Shown here: piece after piece, positions 1 to 9,759 of the stretch | Numbering within the stretch: position 1 is the stretch's first letter | How the letters are laid out: the number at the start of each line of letters is the position of its first letter | Assembly (NCBI GenBank): GCA_011109175.1 | Contig: RDEW01000089.1 | Span: 62,753-126,752, forward strand | Length of the DNA: 64,000 nucleotides | Direction: 5' to 3' | DNA from: Dicyema japonicum | Taxonomy: Eukaryota; Animalia; Dicyemida | The notes under the pieces: generated by a model | What the model was told of the DNA's origin: nothing | What the model saw: the letters and a program-made list of their open reading frames with translations, nothing else | Database searches by the model: none | Made by a program: the position numbers and the translations under genes

Positions 1-105
1 CGAGGGTCGCACCTGAAGCCAAGAGGAAAGAGGAGGAACAGGACATGCAAACAAAAAAATCTTCAAGTAACAACATCACCACAATAACGTTGGCGCTACG
101 TGGAA
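1..105 (-). repeat. 5' part of the LINE-leader/SINE-like repeat family (cut by window edge)
   Basis: Reverse complement reads ccacgtagcgcca...tgtggtg...ttgaagatttttttgttt...tgttcctcctcttt, alignable by eye to 6780-6860. Confidence 0.45.
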
Positions 106-129
106 AATTGAGTATTCAAAGTAGACGAC

Positions 130-1075
130 TACAATAAGTTTACAATTCACTTGAGTCTCTCCAATCCATTAGATTTCTTTATGATGAGGGCAGCAATCCA
201 CCAAGAACAAGTGTTTTGAAGATCTCTGTGAAATTCTGTAAAATTTGTTCAAATGTACGATTGAGGACTTCATTCTCTTTCTAGAAATTAATGCACAGGG
301 ACCAATTTAAGCAGCAATTTCTGCTTGATTAATACCCCCCTTCAACGATTTCCTAACTTTGCTAATCTGGTTACACAATTCTGTCTCTTTAACCTAAAGT
401 CAATATCCCCGAGACCCTGGCACTTAAATTCTTCTCGAGATTCTATTCAAGTCAGAACCTCCATTTTCTGATCCATTTGAGTGATTTTTCGTTTTTCAGT
501 CAGATGACATCCAATTGGGCCTTTTTAACCATAATTTTTTTTGAAAATGATTCCAATTTAGTTTTATCGATTTCCAACTACAAAAGTCTCCAAATAAACT
601 ACATTTATCCTATCTTTCATGAAGACTTTATTCTCCTCGGAGGGTTCACGTAAAACATCATTAAGTTGCTCAATCTAGCTAACAAAGGCTGCAGTCAACT
701 GTAGCAATATGGAGTCGCGATCTCAGAAGTGAGAAACTCAATCCTGTATGTCACAGCTTGGTCATCCCTCCTGGCAGATTCCACAAGTTGAGTCTATTAG
801 AGAAAATATAAAAACTTTTGTGTAAGGAAACTCACCTCGCAGAAGAGTCAAGTCAGAGTTCATTTTTTTCTGAACATCCTGGACTTTAATAAACATAAAA
901 ACTTGTATTTAAAATTTTTTGCATAACAAATCCGTAATTGGTAGAAACATATATTGAAATCTGTTTCAGTCTCTGTGAGCTTGTTCTTTAACTGATCACT
1001 TTTTTCCTGCATTTCTTTAAATTTAGTCCGAACTGTTTTTATAGACTTGCTCAGAGCATTCTTGAGTCATAAAGA
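130..1075 (-). pseudogene. Degenerate intron-containing gene remnant, coiled-coil-like product
   Basis: Minus-strand stretches KSIKTVRTKFKEMQEKSDQLKNKLTETET, QDVQKKMNSDLTLLR and LEIDKTKLESFSKK; canonical-looking intron gtgagt...ctaatag at 794-835; several stops and frameshifts. Confidence 0.3.
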
Positions 1076-1361
1076 CCACCCGACCAAACTTGGTGTCCTT
1101 CAAATCATCCAGACAAAAAACCATCAAAAATTACACGATCACAATCCAACGAGTTGGCAACTATGCGAACAACCCAGGCAACTTTGGCGGCTTATTTCGT
1201 TTAAAATTTGAGTTACCATTTGATCAGATTTGACGATGAAGTAAGAGACTAATAATAACCCGAAATCAAACCTTGATCCAGCACTGATTTTCTGAGAAAA
1301 TCAATATTATCGATAACAGTTCCGTAGAAGTTCTTCGATCCAATCTGCCACCACTTTAGTA

Positions 1362-2940
1362 TGTCACGTGCGCTACCTGCAATATCGATTTTTTTTGCTC
1401 GAAATTAAACGAGTAGTATTAAGACACTCACAAGTCGAACCATTTTAAAGAAACCAGTTTTACTCAAAAAAACATGAAACTAAAATTATATATAGATTTA
1501 TGTTATGCTTTAAAAAATATAAAATTGAATTTATTTTTTAAATTCTTAAATTATCTTACTATTAATAATACTGATAAGCATTCTAAATAATTAAAAAATT
1601 AATTTCAACAATAAAACTCTTCATTTTTCAATATTTTAAACTATTAAAAATTCCAGGTTATACGATTGTATTCATTTAAGTTTCAATTAAGACAAAAAAT
1701 TCAAAAAAAAATATTTTATTTATAAGAAAAGGTAAGTCACTTCTTTTTAAGCTTTTTAACGCGACTCATGTGGAAGATCTCGCTATGTCCCTCATTTGAT
1801 TGAAGTGTCATTCGCTTGTTAGACAATATATCTACGACTTTCACTTTTTCACTGTAGGCAAATTCAAATTTCCCTAACTTTAGCGAGGGATTTATCCCAT
1901 GGTTTTTTTTACGCAATCCTATATAGTTAATTTAGTTTGTTAAGAGCTCTTTCGCGTGGCCCTAAAAGGGGTTCGCTTGAGCCATGTTTTGCAGCCATCC
2001 TCCTCCTCCACGCCCACGCCATCTTGTTCCTGGCCCTCATTCGAACATCATCCAGATCGTCCGCTGTCACCAATTTACGACTATTTTGTTCGTAGTCATC
2101 TTTTAAGCAGGTTAGAAGTGTGTTTCTTGGTTTTTTTGGTTGAAGTGGTGACGTGCTTCTGTTTTTCTTCTCTAGAAAAATTCATGTCTTTATCATGTCT
2201 AATCGCAAACCTATATTGTCAATGTAATTAACTAACCTCATCTCCTTTCTCGAATGAGTATTTTGAGCAATGAACACCCACGAAACGGATTGTCACATAA
2301 TTTATATATAAGGCCATATAACCTGTTGAACTATGATAACTAAGATTATAAAATTGGACAGCTTTTTTAATCTGTTTTTTCCAACATTTATTTGGATCAT
2401 CAAACAACATCTTCGACAAAGTTCGAGTGATTGTCTGATTGAATCTTTCATTTTGAATAAATATCACTTTTTTTCTTTAAGCTTTTTGTAACAGCATATT
2501 TTGAATAAACTCTTCAAAATTGGGGCAGGTCAGAAGTTTTCGTACAGACAATATCATAAGAATTCGTGGAAGTGCTCTGAATGAAATATAAATATCCGTC
2601 AAAATACAAAATATATATTAGACATTTTGATAACAGCCTTTCAACTCTATTTGATGAATCCACTAATATATTAATGAAGAAAATGTAAGACAATACAAAA
2701 ATAATATGGACTAAGCATTAGCACAAACGAAGCACCACAACAACGTGGGACAAGCGTGACATAACAATTCAAATTAGAATTAATAGTTTATATTAATTTT
2801 ATACATTAAAATTAATATTTTATATTACTAAAAATTAGAATTTTAATCCAAAAGAACAATTTTCATAGATTCAAAAAAATTCAAAAATTCAAAAAATCGA
2901 TATTGCAGGTAGCGCATAGTTGCAAGTAGCGCTCGCGACA
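1362..2940 (-). mobile_element. Ginger-like DNA transposon (TIRs plus retroviral-type integrase remnant), internally deleted
   Basis: Ends TGTCA.../...CGACA; perfect 26-bp inverted repeat 1369-1394 / 2891-2916; 5-bp direct repeat TAGTA at 1357-1361 and 2941-2945; minus-strand integrase motifs NERFNQTITRTLSKML, AVQFYNLSYHSSTG, FEKGDEV and KVKVVDIL...HMSRVKK. Confidence 0.7.
1932..2203 (-). mobile_element. RTE insertion with inverted 5' segment (twin-priming-like)
   Basis: 1932-2131 matches the 3' end of the RTE at 26774-26980 (minus sense); 2136-~2210 matches the RTE 5' end (29725-29797) in the opposite orientation; degenerate 20-bp direct repeat 1912-1931 / 2204-2223 (17/20). Confidence 0.8.
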
Positions 2941-2970
2941 TAGTACACTGTCGATTCCATCTAAAACGAT

Positions 2971-4760
2971 CTAAATTAGTAAAAAGACAACTTTTGCATA
3001 AATGTTACTCATTAATTGTTGGTTCACCTCCAATTCTTCTATTTGATCTATCCCCTGTTGGATCACATACTCTCGTCTCCCTAAACTACCCTGTTCTGTA
3101 TAGAGATCAATCCCTTTTCGTTTCAATTCCATAAGTTTTGATTTTCCACATTCTATCAACTCATTTGGACATTATTCTCCCTTCGGACTACTAATTTTTA
3201 ATTCATACTCTTCTAGTTTAGAGGAGTTCAACAGAATTTCCAAATCTAAACCCAATACCTACTTCAATTTATCCTCCTCAATTTTTATGAGTTGATACAA
3301 CTCCCGGTCAATCCAGAAATCACGTTCTTCAACAATGGCAAACTTTTTGGCTCTCCCTTTCTGCTAATTACAATTCCATTTTAGTCCGTGAACGAGTCCT
3401 CTCGAAATTCTCCATCATGATAATGTCCCTTTCCTCCCTCAAAAGGATATCTTTACATCTTTAAGGAAATCTGAGATTAAGAGTAAATTACAATAACAGT
3501 TTCCATAGCTTGTAATCTAATTTGCAGTTTCTGATAAACAGCAACCAGTTCTCTGCGATTCTGATTTAAATTTTCATCTTTTCTATCATTCTCGTTGATA
3601 TCTCCCGCGAAAATAGCGTATTCCAGGGATCTCCGTAGTCTGTCACATTTATAAAATTCACTCAAGTCTTCTTTATCACTCTCCAGCAGAGTTACTCCAC
3701 GTTGAACCTCATCTAAGAGTTCATTCACTTTTTTGCTCTTCCACTAAAATAGAAACAAAGGATACATGCTTCATTCACTAAAGACTCACTCTCCGTCCGA
3801 TTATCGTCGAAAACCTTACTCCCACTAACTCCCATTAAGATCTTCATCTCTGGGAATCAAGAGAGGTGTCAATTTCGATCTAGTCATATTACTCTCTGCC
3901 TTTCTCTTTTTGACAATGTAGTAACGATTACATCAAAAAAAGCCCTTGTTTTCAAAAAGGTTGATAGTCTCACTTATCTAGGAGAATTAAGTACGAAATG
4001 TGTTTCTTGTCAGGAAAAAACTGGTCCTGTTTAGAAGAGATTACCCTTTGGATAACCTTGTTTTTCTCAATCTAAAAAATTAATAGTGATAACTGCTGTC
4101 AGGATCTCCTCTACATAGGCAGAAAGCTGTCTGTCTCTGCTGCCCTTGTGGATCATATTAAGCCGTTCCCTCGATTTGGGGGAACCAAACTCTTCGCTGA
4201 GCAGGAACTGAAATACTGAAAATATGAGAATTCGATCAATTCATGAAAAATGTTCTTACCAGAGCCTTTCTCCAACAATAATGCTTTTGTGTAGACTAAA
4301 GGAATCGATGGTCACCAACTCCCTGTAGCTCTTAATAGCTGACAATATGTTTTGTAGCGCTGACGTAAACTTTAATAGCCTTTTATGCTTATCTTGACTG
4401 CCGATCAAAATAAAATATGATAATTTGAATGATTGTCCGTTTTTCGGTTAAGTTTATTTTTTTCAATTATTATTTCAGAAATTTTCATCCTTTGAGGAGA
4501 ACTCCGACACGGAATAAACTGTAGTTGTTATTCCGAAATCTGTGTGATATATTTGTTTTCCAATTGGGCACGATGAACGACCAAATTGTCACATTCTACT
4601 TCATCACCACTTGTCTAGTACAAGTTGGAGTCCAGTATTAGTAAACTTATGGAGGACATCAGATGTGCGATGGCTTATTGAGATAACTGGGATCAGCCAA
4701 CTGTTTGGCTATATTTTGTCTTTCTTTACCCAAGGTGACACAGTCATAGAATTAAACCCA
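2971..4760 (-). pseudogene. Degenerate multi-exon coiled-coil-like gene remnant
   Basis: Long E/K/L-rich near-open minus-strand frames (MNELLDEVQRGVTLLE..., EERDFWIDRELYQLIKIEEDKLK*) with in-frame TAA/TAG; candidate introns 4216-4259 (gtaag...tttcag) and a 22-nt gtatcc...ttttag near 3750-3772. Confidence 0.3.
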
Positions 4761-4964
4761 TTTTTACATTTAAATCACTCCAATAATAGATACTCATAAA
4801 ATTGTGATCAGTCAATTAGGAAATCTCAACTTTTTTTTCTAATAAAAGGAATTGCTGATGTGTGGTTTGTGGGACATAAAAGTGTACTGTTGTGCATAAT
4901 GCTATTCCCGCATCCCAAGAGTTCATCCCCTTCATCCAAGAGTTTCATCCCCCTTCATTCCGAA

Positions 4965-5105
4965 AGTCGCCTGACTGCATCGAACAATGAAGTTCTCCTC
5001 GCAATGCGTAATTTTTGCCCTAGTGGCAGTGGTGGGCTCGACGGAATGAGACCTGGTCATCTGAAAGATCAAACCTCTATATCAGCGCTTCTCGATTCGT
5101 TTTGA
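4965..5105 (+). mobile_element. CRE-clade reverse transcriptase N-terminal fragment
   Basis: EVLLAMRNFCPSGSGGLDGMRPGHLKD matches the EV..AI.SF..GS.GG.DG.RP.HLKD motif of CRE-type RTs. Confidence 0.6.
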
Positions 5106-5193
5106 ATTTGCACCCCCAAAAATTTTAAAAACCAACCTCGCACACCACAAATTTTAAATTCTAAGAAAATTCGAATTTTATTCAAAAAATTAG

Positions 5194-5880
5194 TCAGGTT
5201 CCTTGAAACTTTTCCTGTCTTTTAGTTTTAACTAATTCTTCGAAGCGTGGTTTTTTGTTTGCTAATGCAATTCTGAGATCGTTTTCAGGGATTAGAGCGT
5301 TTCGGTACTTATTTTTTAACGATGAAAATAAAAGGCTGCAAACCCCGACCTGTTCCCCAGCATAACTGAAGCACCTCCGTGCAAATTGACCCGATAATTT
5401 CCAATGGAATATCGTGTTCACTTTAAAAAAGTCTCGATTATTTGAAAAACATTTTTGCAGAGGCTTCTGTTTCGAGAGGTTTACAAAAAAAGAAACTCTT
5501 CGGCAATTAAATTTTCTTGTACATAACGAACAAAGTAAATTAGTTGACTGCAATAATCAACATCGGTAGATATCATTGAAATCTTGATGCAAGAATTCTT
5601 TATGTCCGAAACAACTTGTTAAAGAATATCATCGCTGATACAATTAATTACCCCGCATACAACTATTAGAGGAATCTGCTGCAGTTTTCGAGAGGCGTCT
5701 GGATACAGAACTGTTTTCAACTTCCAATGCAAACGGCTTAATAAGAGTCTCCGCAATAGTATGGTGTCTTTGATTTCGCAACTTTATATGCAAATTTGAA
5801 TGATGCCAAAAGTAACGGTTTGTCAATGGAGGAAAACCCAAGCTTCGGAAGCGTTCCTTGGATATCTTATCGTGCATTTA
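5194..5880 (-). mobile_element. hAT (Buster/Charlie) transposase remnant, internally deleted
   Basis: HTIAETLIKPFA...SVSRR (N-terminal part) and FSSLKNKYRNALIPENDLRIALANKKPRFEELV (dimerization C-terminus). Confidence 0.75.
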
Positions 5881-6092
5881 GACTTCAAAGATTCAAAATC
5901 AATTCCTGAACGTTTTGCACCCCGTGGATAGATTTAAAATGTCCGTTCAGCTTCGATGGTTTCAAATTTGAATTGGATAAATATACATCACAAAACATGC
6001 ACCGAGGTCTATTGATTCTATCATAATTATCTCCGTAAAGCCATATTCAACATAGTCTACTTTCCATTTTCGAATTTTAACACACGTTGACA

Positions 6093-6615
6093 CACGTTTG
6101 GTTGAGGTGGTGACGTCCCTCTTGAAAAGTATGTCTGAAAAACACGAAAATTGAAACCTAAATGACTTCTCTCCTTTTAACGTTCAATGTTCAAAGGACT
6201 CTCTAGTGCATGGAAAAGAAAAGAACTTTGTGAAGACTTTTCAAAATACAAGATATCAATCGATGTCTCCAAGAGACAAAAATATCGAAGGAGTTTGAAA
6301 TCTTATGCAAGAGAACAGGAACTGAGACAATATCATGTGAGATTACTGATTCAAGATAAAGGCTCTTTGGACACATACTCCGCCACGATATGGGGACCCT
6401 TGCCAACATAGCAATGGAGGAGTATTTTGTCTTAGAAGCTTTCTCGTTTCCGCGGCAGGCCGAGGACAACACTGCCGGTTATTCTAGATGAAGATCTCAG
6501 GATTCGCTACGGAACATGGCAACGGATCGAAAAAGATGGAGGACGTTAATTAGATTGTTAACTTTTCGTGTTGAACATGCTTTTCATGATCTTGGCATCG
6601 CGTACGTGCCTATAA
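6093..6615 (+). mobile_element. Bipartite non-autonomous RTE derivative (5' end plus 3' end)
   Basis: Starts cacgtttggttgaggtggtgacgt; encodes APE start TFNV(Q)GLSSAWKRKELCEDFSKYKI..CLQETK then jumps to RLFGHILRH...MEEYF...RGRPRTTLP; short TAA tail; 15-bp TSD taacacacgttgaca at 6078-6092 and 6616-6630. Confidence 0.8.
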
Positions 6616-6760
6616 TAACACACGTTGACATAGATAAACCACGAGTTTTACTTTTTTTAATTCAAATTTTTATAACATTTAATAATAAATTATAAGAAAA
6701 TATAAATGTATTTACAAATAGAATAAATAAATTAATAATTCTATCTATAATTGAAGCATG

Positions 6761-7105
6761 ATGAATTCGCGTGGATCACCACGTGGCGCCATGTGGTGCT
6801 AAATGAATAATTGGTTGAAGTTTTCTGTTTTTATCTGTTCTTCCTCTTTTTTCTTCCTACTAGAATGTCATCATGTGATCCACCTATCTCAGGTGGTGCC
6901 CAGTGCCAGGCTAATACGAAAAATAATAATTTGCTCTCCCCTACTCCACTGGAGGGGTTTCCATAACTCAAGTAATGGATGTCTCTACCTTTGTGCTGGT
7001 TCCGGTGGACTCTGTTTCTGTAGCTGTGGAAGCTGCATACACTTAATTGGTTGTTTACTTTTAACTTATTTTTTGTGTATACGGGGTTAATAAATTAAAA
7101 AAATA
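6761..7105 (+). mobile_element. SINE-like bipartite element (LINE-like leader plus LINE 3' end), 345 bp
   Basis: 14-bp TSD ataattgaagcatg at 6747-6760 and 7106-7119; A/TAA-rich tail; second copy inverted at 11395-11700; 3' end resembles the LINE 3' end at 11985-12060. Confidence 0.75.
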
Positions 7106-7279
7106 ATAATTGAAGCATGTTGCCTGTTCTGCCTCGAACCTTAGAGCAGACTAATCAATTCCCAATTCAAACAGGCGCTAAAACGGAAAGGGAATAACAT
7201 AAAACAAAAAGATAATGTTATATGACATCTTTATCAAACCAATCCTCCAATACAACTCTGGGACCTGAAGCACCTCAAA

Positions 7280-7760
7280 AGAGAATTGGAGAGGCTAGAC
7301 TCGATTCACAGGAATCATCTAAAAAACATAACTGAAATGTCCTAGCCATCCACGATCTCCTGAAAGGAATGTAGAATATGTGTGACTGTACACCTCTAAG
7401 TCTCGAGTTCATAAGCTTTCGTGGCAGACTCTTTGGACCCGTCTCGGATTTGCAGTCCACAACCTGATTCACTGTGTTACAAAAAGTGTGGGCAGCATCT
7501 GATCGTGTCGCTGTGGTGCAAATCAAATGCTGAAATAAAATCAACTCAGCAAGACATGCAAATTTCGAGGTCATATTGGACTTGAAGCTAGCAGCGATCA
7601 CAAACTTGACCTTCGAAGATCTCTAATGCAAATCCGGGGTGCACCATTGCCAGGATGGAAACAAAAAATATTATTTTTACCCCTGTTCAACTGAACCATT
7701 TCTAGTAGTTCCCACAACTGTGGTTTTCGGATAGTTTTGAGAAAGTTTTTTCTCTCTGTG
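7280..7760 (-). mobile_element. Ty3/gypsy-like integrase remnant
   Basis: Frameshifted QGVKIIF..FHPGNGA and FSI*FAPQRHDQMLPTLF resemble GVKHI.SAPYHP.SNG and L.YR.TPH.TTG.SP.ELL. Confidence 0.4.
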
Positions 7761-7964
7761 ACTGCTATCACGGCTGGACATTCAATTAGTTTCTAACTGT
7801 TTGCTTTTCGGTGTATGCAAGGCTAATAAATTGAAAAAATCCAGCCAACATTTGTATACGTAGCCGTGTCGTGGTCAATTATTGTTGCCTGCTCTTTCTC
7901 ACACAAGCTATCAGCATTCCGTGAAGTCTCCAATAGAGTAATTTAGATCGATTTTAGTACCCGT

Positions 7965-8500
7965 CTAGTGTTGAGGGAGAATTATGTCTACGTTAGGTCA
8001 GTTGACATAGACAGACTGTGCATGATTAGGTCATTGTCAGATCGCAGTCTACGTAATGTAGTCCACATGACTGACAAGCTAATGATGCATATGCTGATAA
8101 AAATTGAGTTTGAGGCAACACAACCTGATGGGAAAATGGTACTCTTGAAGAGTCAAGACAAGGCCACTTAAGTACCATAGTCAAGTATCTAACCTCTTAA
8201 TATTGCATTTACCTAAAGAGTCATATTATAACGGAGATGGTCAACTACTAAGTGAGACTAATTAAAAGACCTGCTTCAATGAGTTTTACGTCTACTCCGT
8301 GATTCTCTTGAAAACTCACATGGATGTGAATGCGTCCTCAGTGGGAATCAAGAGCTTCGATTGCTATACACCATAAGCCAAATATTGTACTTTATGATTA
8401 GTTTTCGGGGACATAACTATCATAGAAGTGGGCACTAATAATCAAGAGTGTTTTTAAACAGTTGAGATATGCTTTTCTCGTAAGAGTGCATGAATGCTGG
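7965..8500 (+). mobile_element. R4/Dong-like non-LTR remnant
   Basis: LRENYVYVRSVDIDRLCMIRSLSDRSLRNVVHMTDKLM and frameshifted HHKPNIVLYD*..DITIIEVGT, paralleling HNKPDIVVHD...IIEVGIT at 21130-21250. Confidence 0.55.
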
Positions 8501-8689
8501 TGACTAATTGGACTGTTTAAGAAATTCTATTAATATAAGGTTGTGATAACCTGTCCAACAATCGGTATAATAGAAAATGAAACATAAGATTAAAGTCAAG
8601 TAAAAAGTGGTCAAAACTTTATTTCCTATTACGTCCAACTCCGATTGGGGAATTGGATAAACTCTTCAATTCTCACATTAATTTTAGTT

Positions 8690-8767
8690 AATAAAGTTTT
8701 TTTGCGGGCCGCGAACAGTTGTTAATTATTGATTTGGACTGCAGACCAAAAAGGTTGAGAACCACTG
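8690..8767 (+). mobile_element. hAT (Charlie/Buster-like) 3' terminus
   Basis: gcgggccgcg...aaaaaggttgagaaccactg; the reverse complement CAGTGGTTCTCAACCT is a typical hAT TIR; no partner end found. Confidence 0.55.
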
Positions 8768-9163
8768 CTCTAAACAGTAAAGCTTATTCTAGAATCAGTA
8801 ATCTATCTTCACTCCAGAATTGTTTAGATTCTTTATATCTTGAGATAGGCGAGATTCAAGGTCAAGTATTGGTGCATAATTTTTCTTGGTTTAAAAACAT
8901 TATGTATCAGTGTCCTCTGAGTATTTTATTTCAGTCATGCGCATGAGAAGAAGGGAGACGGCTAACTACTTCGAGAAGATGAGGAATTTAGTACAAGAGC
9001 TACATTATGACGTTAACGATTAGATCAATAAATAGCTAAGATCTTAAAAGAGGATTTTGAGAATGTGAGACGTTGTTCATCGTCCAGATTACAAATAAAG
9101 TCAAAATTTATTATTTTATCATAATAGAGTTTTTTAGTAAAGAATTAAATATTTTTATCAATT

Positions 9164-9395
9164 TTGGCTGAGATGGTGACGTCTCTCAATTGTACGTATG
9201 TCTTAAGCACACCCTGGAGAATTTGGTAATATCAAAAACCAGACCTATACACGGTTCGTAAATCGAAGCACGTGGGTAAATTTATTACTAAGACCCAATG
9301 GGGATTGTTTGGGCACATATTGCGGAAGAACCATGTCTTTCCTGCTTACGATATTATGGAATCATTCTTCCTCTGCTAGGTGACTTTTAGAAGGA
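9164..9395 (+). mobile_element. Internally deleted RTE copy of a third subfamily
   Basis: 5' motif ttggctgagatggtgacgtc followed within ~130 bp by QWGLFGHILRKNHVFPAYDIMESFF (RTE C-terminus). Confidence 0.6.
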
Positions 9396-9759
9396 TGTTT
9401 ATATATTTTATTATTTTATTTTGTCGCGTGGAATGGATTTTAAAAAAATTTAAAAATTTATTTTTTTAAAATAAAATTAGTATTTTTTAAAAATATATAA
9501 TAAATTGATATCATTATCTCATTATTACTATGGCTCTCGTGAAAAGGCTTTATTATTATCTCATTATTATGTAAAATAATGTTTTATTATAAAAATGTGA
9601 AGTTCGGTCCGGCAAATGGCGTGTCTGTCAACTATCGAAAATAACGGCTCAGATTAACTCTAAACCGGTTAGTGTTAATTTTCGGTCATACGTTAAACGG
9701 TTTTAACGGTTTAATCGATTTTGCGCCTCATTCTCAGCCTAACCTCATTAGAAGCGGCC

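Noticed and set aside
2971-3470. In-frame TAA/TAG suggesting a ciliate-type genetic code
   Set aside because: RPS29 ends in TAG and the lectin and cathepsin end in TAA at the expected positions, so these stops are better explained by decay.
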